Shown here: positions 18,475 through 28,873 of the stretch, piece by piece
How positions within the stretch are numbered: position 1 is the stretch's first letter
How the letters are laid out: the number at the start of each line of letters is the position of its first letter
Source: Sumerlaeia bacterium
GTDB lineage: Bacteria; Sumerlaeota; Sumerlaeia; SLMS01; JAHLLQ01
Direction: 5' to 3'
NCBI GenBank assembly: GCA_040219255.1
Contig: JAVJSW010000004.1
Coordinates: 1-64,000, forward strand
DNA length: 64,000 nucleotides
Made by a program: the position numbers and the translations under genes
Notes under the pieces: generated by a model
Seen by the model: only the letters and a program-made list of their open reading frames with translations
Told to the model about the DNA's origin: nothing
Databases searched by the model: none

Positions 18475-19946
18475 CCTTCTTTCGCGCGTCTTACCCGTTC
18501 TAAGAACACGGCGGCCAATCGGTCGTAAAGCGCATCTTTCAGGATCGTGTCCTCCAACCCGTGATCCATGTTCGGGTTGTCGTTCACTTCCATCACCACG
18601 GCGTGCTTGCCCACCTGCTTCAAGTCCACGCCGTAGAGCCCGTCGCCGATCAGGTTCGCCGCCTTCAGGGCCAAATCCACCACGGCGCGCGGCGCCTGCT
18701 CGATCGCCACCGCCTCCACCTTGCCGTAGGTCGTGTCGCCCTTTTCCCTGTCGTGGTGGGCGATCTGCCAGTGCCCCTTGGCCATGTGGTACTTGGCGGC
18801 GTAGTATGGGCGGCGGTCCAGAATGCCGACGCGCCAGTCGTAATCGCTCGGGAAGAATTCCTGCGCGATGATCAGGTCCGATTCCTTGAGCATCGCCCCC
18901 GCCTTCGCGTTCAGCTCCTCCGCCGTCGCCGCCTTGAGCACGCCGAGGCTGAAGGCCGAATCGGGCAGTTTCAGCACACAGGGCAGACCCACCCGCTCCG
19001 CCACCGCGTCCAGATTGCCCGCATGAACCACCATCGTCCGCGGCGTGGCGATTTTGTGCCGCGCCAGCAATTCCGCCAAGTACACCTTGTTCGTGCACTT
19101 CACCATGCTTTCCGGGTCGTCGATCACCACCATGCCCTCGGCGCGGGCGCGGCGGGCGAAGCGGTAGGTGTGGTGATTGACCGCCGTCGTCTCGCGGATG
19201 AAGAGCGCGTCGAACTCCGCCAGCCGGCCGTAGTCGTCCTTGGAGATGCGCTCGACGCCAAAGCCGGCGCGCTCGAACGCCCGCTCGAAACGCTTGAGCG
19301 CCCCCTCGTTGCTCGGCGAATTGTCCTCGTCCGGGTTCGTCAGCATCGCCATGGCGTAGGGCTTGGGCTTGTGCGACGTGTCGGTGCGCTGGGACTTGCG
19401 CGAGAAGAATTCCGCCGCCGCCTGCTCCAGGAACTCGCGGTGGCTGGTGGGCACTTCGCCCAGGCCGATCGGCGTCACGGACTTCAGGAGCCATTCCTTC
19501 GTTTCGCTGTCGCGCTCGAAAGCCCCCCGGATCAGCGGCGCCGGAAACAACCGGAACAGCCGCGCCGCCAGCCGGTCGTGGCGCTTGGCCAGATTGCGCC
19601 CGAAATACACCGACACCATGAACTTGTCGCTCTGAATATCGTGCAGCGACCGCTGCGCTTCGTCCCAGGCGTCGTCGCCCATGACGCGGGCCACGCTGGC
19701 AAAGCGCATGTCCTGCACCGCCGCGATGCCGGGCAGAACTTTGTGGCCCCGGCTCATCGCCAGCAGCGAGACGTAGTAACCAGAACTCTGATAGCGGAGC
19801 GACCGGCACAGGTTGAAAACCCGCGTGCCCTTGGCAGCGCTGAAGGAAGGATCGGTCAGGTAATCGCGAGCCGCCACGAGACGAACGCCCTCAGGCACGG
19901 AGAACGGCCAATCCTTGGTTTGCGTGACTACGATGATGTTTTGCAC
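18462..19946 (-). CDS. RimK-family ATP-grasp ligase with N-terminal RLAN domain
   Basis: NLCRSLRYQSSGYYVSLLA..RGH, DALFIRETT, CTNKVYL, VLKLPDSAFSLGV, DWRVG, YGVDLK and EVNDNP. Confidence 0.92.
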   Translation of the reverse strand: MQNIIVVTQTKDWPFSVPEGVRLVAARDYLTDPSFSAAKGTRVFNLCRSLRYQSSGYYVSLLAMSRGHKVLPGIAAVQDMRFASVARVMGDDAWDEAQRSLHDIQSDKFMVSVYFGRNLAKRHDRLAARLFRLFPAPLIRGAFERDSETKEWLLKSVTPIGLGEVPTSHREFLEQAAAEFFSRKSQRTDTSHKPKPYAMAMLTNPDEDNSPSNEGALKRFERAFERAGFGVERISKDDYGRLAEFDALFIRETTAVNHHTYRFARRARAEGMVVIDDPESMVKCTNKVYLAELLARHKIATPRTMVVHAGNLDAVAERVGLPCVLKLPDSAFSLGVLKAATAEELNAKAGAMLKESDLIIAQEFFPSDYDWRVGILDRRPYYAAKYHMAKGHWQIAHHDREKGDTTYGKVEAVAIEQAPRAVVDLALKAANLIGDGLYGVDLKQVGKHAVVMEVNDNPNMDHGLEDTILKDALYDRLAAVFLERVRRAKEGWRT

Positions 19947-20154
19947 AGAGCTTTAGAAGTCCTTGTCTCGTCCCGGAAAAAAGTCGGGCGAATCGAGCGC
20001 CCCCGCCGGGCCAGAGTCGAGGGCAAAATCCGTGCTCGTCTCGACCTTTCGGTCATTGACCGGATGCCACCGTGATCGCCGAATCGATTTCGATTTCACC
20101 GGCGCCCCGCACCCGCTAACCTTTCCGCCGAAATCCCATGCCCCGAGGCAACCC

Positions 20155-20952
20155 ATGCCCTCCTTCGCCCAAAAGCAAGTCTTGCAGGCCGAGAAAATGT
20201 GGAGCGGCCATCCGCCCCCCAAAGTCTGGGTCCAGGGCGATCCCCGTCTCCATTTCGTCAAGCTCGACTTCCAGTGGTATGACGATACGGCCCGAACCTT
20301 CGAGGGTTTGGGCTTCCGCTTCGCCGCCGATACGGAAGACCTCAACGCCACCGAGCAGGCCCCCTACGCCCGGGCCTTCACCCGCGAAATGCTCTCGGGC
20401 GATGGCACCACCGTCGCGTCTTTCTACCATTTCCACCTGCGCGGCTGGCGCAAATGGCTCTTCCGGCTCCTGGGCATCAAGACCAACCGCCGCATCGTGA
20501 ACCTGGTGTCGGAGATGGAGGACGAGACTTATCTGACCACCTCGACGGCCCAGGACAAGGACTCGTTTTGCCCGCCACCCTGGTCCTACCGGGAATCCAT
20601 GCCGGCGGAGACTTCGCCCGAGACGCTCTGGAAACGGCACCGTGAACGCCTCGGGGAGCACGCCGAAACCGCCCCCCAACGCCAGCCCATCGGGATGGCC
20701 AACTACGGCGAGGTTCACGGCATGCAGGTTCGCTATCACGTGCGGCACTGCCAGCATGTCCACACCCCCGGTATCCTGGCCCGCGAGATCTTCCGCCAAG
20801 CCACGCCGGGCCAAGCGCAAGCCGCCACCCAACTGGCCGAGCAAATCACCGTGCTCCAGATGGAGCGCGGCTTCCGGCCTCTCGACCTGGAAACGGCCTT
20901 GCGGGATTATCCGCCACCGAAACGGCCCGCCCGCCCCGGCCAGGCGGCCTAG
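20155..20952 (+). CDS. Hypothetical protein
   Basis: Long ORF with host-like codon usage; ATG at 20155 inferred. Confidence 0.7.
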   Translation: MPSFAQKQVLQAEKMWSGHPPPKVWVQGDPRLHFVKLDFQWYDDTARTFEGLGFRFAADTEDLNATEQAPYARAFTREMLSGDGTTVASFYHFHLRGWRKWLFRLLGIKTNRRIVNLVSEMEDETYLTTSTAQDKDSFCPPPWSYRESMPAETSPETLWKRHRERLGEHAETAPQRQPIGMANYGEVHGMQVRYHVRHCQHVHTPGILAREIFRQATPGQAQAATQLAEQITVLQMERGFRPLDLETALRDYPPPKRPARPGQAA

Positions 20953-21314
20953 GCTCCGTCCCCAGCGTCGTTCTTCGCCGGTGAATCTTTGGCGGGGGGA
21001 TGAGGCGCGGGGGAATGAGGCGGCGCCGGTTCCTCGCGAAACATTTGAGGCGTCATCGCCGGCTGCGGGCCCTTCTTCATCCAGGGAAACGCCTCGCGGG
21101 CCCGGGCCAAACCGCTGTGGAATCTCTCGTCCGCCGCGCGCCGCAGATCGCCCGAGACCTTGCCCCCACGGACATAGACCGCGCCGCCGCCGCTGATGGA
21201 CCGGGCCATCGCTTCGCCGCACTCTTCGCATCGCACGGCCGGTTCTTCACGCATGCCGTGGGGAACCTCCCGGATTTCGCCGCAGGACGGGCAGTGGTAA
21301 TCGTAACGAGGCAT
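20949..21314 (-). CDS. FmdB family zinc-ribbon protein
   Basis: MPRYDYHCPSCG...RCEECG...RSIS. Confidence 0.85.
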   Translation of the reverse strand: MPRYDYHCPSCGEIREVPHGMREEPAVRCEECGEAMARSISGGGAVYVRGGKVSGDLRRAADERFHSGLARAREAFPWMKKGPQPAMTPQMFREEPAPPHSPAPHPPAKDSPAKNDAGDGA

Positions 21315-21601
21315 CGGCGGCGGCAAGCTCCCACAAGGAAAAGTCCGGTTTCACGAGAGCCGCCCATCCAGGGGCTCTTCTTCGGGGGCCTCCGTGCAAC
21401 ATCCTGGCCAAGATTCTCCTCAAAATGAGGATCGACGCTGGAGGACCGGAATCCACAACCTCCGCGATTTTCGAGTCTGTCGAACAAGGGAACAATATCC
21501 GGCTATTTCCTATGCGATTTATTGCACTTAGCGGATTTGGCGAGATTGCCCCGCTGGCTCGCACGAATCTCGCTCCCTGTATTCTGTTTTTGGGGAGCCT
21601 C

Positions 21602-22660
21602 ATGACACGCGATATCACTCCGGACCGGACGACCATGGACGAACGCGAACTGACGCGCATCATCGAGGAGAACACCGGCGCCCTGCCCCGCTCCGTGCGG
21701 GCCAAGGAAGACCTGCTGGGCAAACGCCTGGCGCGCTACTCGATCGAGAAGTTCATCGGCCGGGGCGCCACCGGCGACGTGTTCCAGGGGCGCCACGTCT
21801 ATCTAGACAAAATCGTGGCGGTCAAAGTGCTGAGCCCCGCGCTGGTGGACGAGTATCAGGAAATCGTCTGGCGCTTCGTCCGCGAAGGCCGCGCCGCCGC
21901 CCGCGTGCTCCATCCCAACGTGGCCCAGATCTTCGACTTCGACTGCTTCGAAGGGCTGTACTTTCTGGTGATGGAGTTGGTCGAAGGTGAAGCGCTCGGC
22001 AAGATCCTGCGGGACCAGGGCCCCATGGAAGAAGGCCGCGCCCTTCGCATTCTGCGGCGCGTCATGCGCGGTCTGCGCGCCGCCTGGGTCCAGGGATTGG
22101 TTCATCGCGATGTCAAACCGGGCAACATCCTGATCGCTCCCGGCGACGTGGTGAAAGTCGTGGATTTCGGTCTGGCGCGCAAACTGGACGAACCGCCCGC
22201 CAGCGACATCCCCGAACGGGGCCTGGGAACCCCGCGCTATTGCGCTCCCGAGCAGTACGAGAATTCCGACGCCGCCGATCAACGCTCCGACATCTACGCT
22301 CTTGGCGCCACGCTCTACAAGATGCTCACCAACCGGCCGCCCTTCACTGGCACCGATATCATCGAACTGGCCCGCCAGCACCGCGAAGACCCGATCCAGC
22401 CGCCCTTCGAGGTCAATCCGCGAATCTCCGGCGGAGCGTCGGACCTGGTCGGCTGGATGATGGCCAAGGACCCCAACGATCGCCCCCAAAGCTACGACGA
22501 ACTCTTCGGCGTGCTCGACGAACTGATCGGCCCCCGCGAGCAATGGAGAGCCCCCAGCATCCGCTCCGCGCCCCCCAGGCCGCCCGCTCCCATCGGCGGA
22601 CCGGCCAAGGCCCCGCCCGTGTCGCAAAGCGACCCGACGCGCCCCCTGCCGCACGAGTGA
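21602..22660 (+). CDS. Hanks-type Ser/Thr protein kinase (soluble)
   Basis: IGRGATGDVF, VAVK, HRDVKPGN, DFG, GTPRYCAPE and SDIYALG. Confidence 0.93.
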   Translation: MTRDITPDRTTMDERELTRIIEENTGALPRSVRAKEDLLGKRLARYSIEKFIGRGATGDVFQGRHVYLDKIVAVKVLSPALVDEYQEIVWRFVREGRAAARVLHPNVAQIFDFDCFEGLYFLVMELVEGEALGKILRDQGPMEEGRALRILRRVMRGLRAAWVQGLVHRDVKPGNILIAPGDVVKVVDFGLARKLDEPPASDIPERGLGTPRYCAPEQYENSDAADQRSDIYALGATLYKMLTNRPPFTGTDIIELARQHREDPIQPPFEVNPRISGGASDLVGWMMAKDPNDRPQSYDELFGVLDELIGPREQWRAPSIRSAPPRPPAPIGGPAKAPPVSQSDPTRPLPHE

Positions 22661-22675
22661 GCCCCGCGCCGGGCG

Positions 22676-23323
22676 TCAATTCCCTGCGGGGAGAGCCTCC
22701 GAGGAGGGGAGGCTGACCAAGGCGTCCTCGATCAGCGGCGAAGTGAGGTCGAACCCGGATACGAGGAATCCGGCTTGCGGATCCTGATCCAGGAGAACGA
22801 CCACGGTACCACTTCCGCGCTCGAACTCGGCCCCGTAAGTCATGCGGATCCAGCCCTCGCGATCGTTGGCCGTGGCATGAAGAGGGGTGGCGGAGACGAG
22901 GGCGCCGAGAATCCGGCGCTGGAGAACGGCGGTCTGCTCCAGGCTCTCCGAGGGCTGGCTCTGGCGAAAAGGCAGGCTGGTCATCTCGAAAGCCGAATCC
23001 GCCCGCCCGCCGAAGAGCAGTTGCTGGAAAGCCAAAGCCGAGTCGTGGGCGCGGGCTTCATCGACCGCGGCCGTTCGCTGCTTGGCCATATACACCACGA
23101 TGCCCATGGCGATGAGCACCAGAATCAGAAGGCCGACGGCGATGGCGATGGCGGCGCCGCGCCTGGCTGCGCGAGGCGGTCCGCCCCGCAGATCGCCGGG
23201 GGCGGCTGGCGTAACCGGATTGAATTGGGGTGTGCCCTGGGTCGAGGGCGGAAAGGGGGGAGATGAAGGCTGCCCGGGCCGGCGTTCCGGCGGATCGGGC
23301 GGGGGTGTTTTTTGCTCCGTCAC
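22676..23323 (-). CDS. Membrane-anchored protein with DUF4019/DUF3887-like (NTF2-like) domain
   Basis: Pro-rich N-terminus, one TM helix, then AFEMTS.PFR...LGAL...TYGAEFERG. Confidence 0.65.
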   Translation of the reverse strand: MTEQKTPPPDPPERRPGQPSSPPFPPSTQGTPQFNPVTPAAPGDLRGGPPRAARRGAAIAIAVGLLILVLIAMGIVVYMAKQRTAAVDEARAHDSALAFQQLLFGGRADSAFEMTSLPFRQSQPSESLEQTAVLQRRILGALVSATPLHATANDREGWIRMTYGAEFERGSGTVVVLLDQDPQAGFLVSGFDLTSPLIEDALVSLPSSEALPAGN

Positions 23324-23361
23324 GATGGGACAGTTCTCTCAGGGAAGGGAGTGAATCGTCC

Positions 23362-23592
23362 TCAGGGTTGCAGCAAAGCAACGGCCAACGCGCCACCGAG
23401 CGTCAGAATCACCACCGCCCCGAAGGCCAGCACGGCCAGCACGGGATGGCCGCGCCGATCGGAGCCATCGTGGGGCAGGACGCCGCCATGAAGCGCGGGG
23501 ACGGCGCCCAGAGGTCTCAGCGGTGGCGGGCCAGTGGGCGGATCCAATTGGGCCTTCTTCAGGTTCGGATTGGGATTCTGACGATTCATCAT
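23362..23592 (-). CDS. Possible small membrane protein
   Basis: Pro-rich N-terminus plus C-terminal hydrophobic helix; co-oriented with the downstream gene. Confidence 0.4.
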   Translation of the reverse strand: MMNRQNPNPNLKKAQLDPPTGPPPLRPLGAVPALHGGVLPHDGSDRRGHPVLAVLAFGAVVILTLGGALAVALLQP

Positions 23593-23943
23593 GGGACGGG
23601 TTTCCTCGGGTTCACGCATTCAAGTAATCGCTTTATCAGGGGAGCGAATCGCGCGCCAGTGTTTTCGCCACTGCTCAAAAAAATTCCGTCCGCACTAAAT
23701 TCCTACCAGTTTAGTGGGAATTTGCGTTGCGCGGGGGGCCGGGTTGCCTTTAGCGGTTTGGACCGACGGCGGGCGGGAGCGGATTTCGATTCCTCCGCTC
23801 CAACCGCGTCTCGATTCTTCAAAAGCCTTGCATGCGGCCTGCTTCTCGCGTCCTTTGACCGGCTTTGCCGCCCTATGGCTCACCCGATGCACCCCCGTAA
23901 GCCGGACCTCGAGAGGCTTGACTCATCTCAAAGAGAACCCACT

Positions 23944-25821
<1,878 letters not shown>

Positions 25822-25857
25822 AGAAGCGCTTGGAGCTAAACTCGGAGCGCTGTTGAA

Positions 25858-26061
25858 ATGCCCACAACCGTTCGCGAAGCAATTCGACTTGTCGAGAAAG
25901 ACGGCTGGTGTTCGGTTAGCCAAAAGGGGAGTCACCGCCACTTTAAACATCCCATCAAGCCCGGAAAAGTCACGATTCCTGGCAATCTGAACGAAGAACT
26001 CAAGCCAGGCACTTGGGCATCGATCAAGAGGCAGGCTGGACTTACGGAGGTAGGAAAATGA
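25858..26061 (+). CDS. hicA: Type II toxin HicA (mRNA interferase)
   Basis: DGW...QKGSHRHFKHP.KPGKVTIPG...GT..SI..QAGL. Confidence 0.93.
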   Translation: MPTTVREAIRLVEKDGWCSVSQKGSHRHFKHPIKPGKVTIPGNLNEELKPGTWASIKRQAGLTEVGK

Positions 26062-26495
26062 GCACGCAACAGTTCGAGCTAGTCGTTGTCGTCGAAAAGG
26101 GTGACCGCAACTTGTCCGCCTACGTCCCCGACGTTCTGGGCTGCGTCACCACCGGCAAAGACCTTGATGACCTGCGAGCGAATATGAAGGAAGCCCTCGA
26201 AGTGCATCTGACTTCGATGGCCGAGGACGGCGATCCCATGCCTGTGGTGCGAACGCGCCACCGTGAACTCGACATCGCTGGGCATCGGTATGCGGTTCTG
26301 ATTGAGCAGGGACAGATCCAGGTTTTCGCCTTCGCGCCCGATGTCCCAGAAGTGGCTGGCTACGGTTTCGATTCGGATGAAGCCATTGCAGCCCTGCGCC
26401 GTCAGCTCGAAATCGCTGCCCCGTCGCTTTCCGAACCCTCCACTGAATGCTACTCCCTCTCCATGAATATCTCCCATCGGGCCGCAGTCGCTTAG
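26058..26495 (+). CDS. hicB: Antitoxin HicB with two tandem HicB domains
   Basis: VVVEK...SAYVPDVLGCVTTG..LD and YAVLIEQ...AFAPDVP...G.DSDEA; ATGA overlap with hicA. Confidence 0.88.
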   Translation: MSTQQFELVVVVEKGDRNLSAYVPDVLGCVTTGKDLDDLRANMKEALEVHLTSMAEDGDPMPVVRTRHRELDIAGHRYAVLIEQGQIQVFAFAPDVPEVAGYGFDSDEAIAALRRQLEIAAPSLSEPSTECYSLSMNISHRAAVA

Positions 26496-26564
26496 CTGGC
26501 CCACCCCGCGATTTATCCCCTTCAGCGAACTCGGCTTCGCTGACTCTCCTGTAAGGAACACACC

Positions 26565-27590
26565 ATGACCACCGCCACACCAGAACAACCCAAACTGACC
26601 ATCAAGGACTTCACCAGCGACCAGGACGTGCGCTGGTGCCCGGGGTGCGGGGATTATTCCATTCTGTCCGCCGTCCGCAAAGTCCTCGCGGGCCGCGGCA
26701 AGCAACCCCACGAGTACGCCTTCATCAGCGGTATCGGCTGCTCGAGCCGGTTCCCCTACTACATGGAAACCTACGGCATGCACTCGATCCACGGGCGCGC
26801 GCTGGCCGTGGCCACGGGCTTCAAGGTCGCCCGGCCGGACATGGAAACGTGGGTCATCACCGGCGATGGCGATGCGCTCTCGATCGGCGGCAACCACACG
26901 ATGCACGCCCTGCGCCGCAACGTGAACCTCCGCGTGCTGCTTTTCAACAACCAGATCTACGGCTTGACCAAGGGCCAGTACTCGCCCACGTCGCCCTTCG
27001 GCCAGAAGACCAAGAGCACGCCGCTGGGCTCGCTCGATTACCCGGTGCATCCGCTTTCCATCGCGCTGGCCAGCGAAGCCACCTTCGTGGCGCGCACGGT
27101 GGACATGAACCAGAAGCACATGATCGCCACGTTGGAGCGCGCCGCGGCACACAAGGGCACGGCCTTCGTGGAGATTTACCAGAACTGCAACATCTTCAAC
27201 GATGGCGCGTTCAACTATGCCCAGGACCGCAAGATCCGCGACGAGCACGTCATCGAACTCGTCCACGGCCAGCCGCTCATCTTCGGCAAGGACCTCGACA
27301 AGGGCATCAAGATGGACGGCCAGCAACTCAAGGTCGTCAAGATCGGCGAGGACGGCGTGACCAAGGACGACCTGATCGTGCATGACGAGCAGGCGCCGGA
27401 GAGCGTCCATTACATGCTCGCCCGCATGCGCTATCCCCACTTCCCCGAGCCCATCGGCATCCTGCGCGCCGTGCTGCGCCCCACCTACGACGACCTGGTG
27501 AATCAGCAGGTCGAGGACATCGTCGAAGCGAAGGGCAAGGGGGACTTGCAGAAGCTCATCAACGGCCGGTCGACCTGGAAGGTAGAGTGA
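26565..27590 (+). CDS. korB: 2-oxoacid:ferredoxin oxidoreductase beta subunit
   Basis: WCPGCGD, SGIGCSSR, HGRAL, GDGD..SIGGN and NNQIYGLTKGQYSPT. Confidence 0.95.
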   Translation: MTTATPEQPKLTIKDFTSDQDVRWCPGCGDYSILSAVRKVLAGRGKQPHEYAFISGIGCSSRFPYYMETYGMHSIHGRALAVATGFKVARPDMETWVITGDGDALSIGGNHTMHALRRNVNLRVLLFNNQIYGLTKGQYSPTSPFGQKTKSTPLGSLDYPVHPLSIALASEATFVARTVDMNQKHMIATLERAAAHKGTAFVEIYQNCNIFNDGAFNYAQDRKIRDEHVIELVHGQPLIFGKDLDKGIKMDGQQLKVVKIGEDGVTKDDLIVHDEQAPESVHYMLARMRYPHFPEPIGILRAVLRPTYDDLVNQQVEDIVEAKGKGDLQKLINGRSTWKVE

Positions 27591-27619
27591 GGCCGTCGCT
27601 CGCTCAAGCTCCTCCTTCC

Positions 27620-28186
27620 ATGACACTGACCCAAGCCGAACTCTCAGCGGAGCTTCAGGCCCGGTTCGCGGAAGCGAAGAGGGATTTCGAAGCGGTCGAG
27701 GCGCTTTCGCCCGAGGCGCTGGCTAGGCGGCCTGCGGCGAAGGCGTGGTCCCTGGCTCAAATCGCCGCCCACCTGGCCAGCACGAACCGCCAATATCTGG
27801 AGGTCCTGCGCCCTGCGCTGGCCGCCGCGGACACGGCCTCCGGCGCGGCCGATGGCGATTTCCGGCCAACCTTCATCGGCCGGATGTTGGCCAAGGGCGT
27901 ACACCCGGATGGGAAGATAAAGCTCAAGGCTCCCGGCTCCTTCCAGCCCAATCCCGAGGCCTCCGCCGCCGATGTGGAGGCGTTTCTCGCAAAGCAGTCC
28001 GAGTTGGCGGCGCTTCTGGCCGAGCACGCCCAGCGGACGAACCTTTCTCGTGTGAAGCTCGCTTCGCCGGAGTCGCGGCTGATTCGCTTCAGCGCGGCGG
28101 ACGACTTCCGCATCCTGGCCCTCCACGGCCAACGCCACGCCCGCCAGGCCGAGCGGGTTCAGCAGGCGGAGGGTTTTCCGGGATGA
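27620..28186 (+). CDS. DinB family protein
   Basis: WSLAQIAAHL, KAP..FQP and H..RH..Q. Confidence 0.85.
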   Translation: MTLTQAELSAELQARFAEAKRDFEAVEALSPEALARRPAAKAWSLAQIAAHLASTNRQYLEVLRPALAAADTASGAADGDFRPTFIGRMLAKGVHPDGKIKLKAPGSFQPNPEASAADVEAFLAKQSELAALLAEHAQRTNLSRVKLASPESRLIRFSAADDFRILALHGQRHARQAERVQQAEGFPG

Positions 28187-28262
28187 GAAGAACCGACGCA
28201 TTCTACCAGGTGAGCGCTAAGACTCGTTAGCCCCTTGTCTGGCTGGAAGGCAGACGAACGCC

Positions 28263-28793
28263 TTGATCTGGAAAATCGAAAACTCAGTCACCGCAGCCTA
28301 TCTTGCCGCCATTCTCGGCTTTCAAGTCTTTGCCGATCGCTGGCCACCTGGTGTGGCACCGGCTGTGTTGAGCCTCGGATTGCTGTATTTTTTCAAATCC
28401 ATTGCCACCTTCAGCATCGCTGCTGACCTGATCGCGGGGAAGTGTTTTGTAAACCGGAAGAAGCGCCTCAATCTCATTCTCCTGGTAATCAAGACCGTCC
28501 TTCTCATGTCCATCTTCGCCCTGGAAATTCAAACTATCGATTCAGCCAAAGTGGTTGGGGAAGTCTATTCCATGGCGGGGTGGATGACCGCCTTGGGTGC
28601 GGCATCCTGGTATGGAGGAAGCCTCGCCACGAACGTGAACCTGGATCGGCTTCGTCGAATTCCCGAGGAGCAGAGGGCGCATTACCCCGAGTGGGTCGCA
28701 ACCTACGTCCTGGACCTCCACCGGATTGGCCTGATCGAGAGGACTTCTCGAGAGCCTTCGGGTCCCGCACCGATAGAAGCGCACCCAGACTGA
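28263..28793 (+). CDS. Hypothetical 4-TM membrane protein (lower GC)
   Basis: Four hydrophobic segments; TTG start uncertain. Confidence 0.6.
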   Translation: MIWKIENSVTAAYLAAILGFQVFADRWPPGVAPAVLSLGLLYFFKSIATFSIAADLIAGKCFVNRKKRLNLILLVIKTVLLMSIFALEIQTIDSAKVVGEVYSMAGWMTALGAASWYGGSLATNVNLDRLRRIPEEQRAHYPEWVATYVLDLHRIGLIERTSREPSGPAPIEAHPD

Positions 28794-28873
28794 AAAAGAA
28801 GCGCCCGAGCCAGTCTCCACCGGCCCGGGCGCTCGATTGTCTCAGGTGATACGTTCCGCTTTGAAAGCAGCGC

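Noticed and set aside
17110-19809. 899-aa ORF suggesting a large fusion protein
   Set aside because: The N-terminal half is an off-frame read of the RimK gene; the real GCS2 ligase starts near 18474
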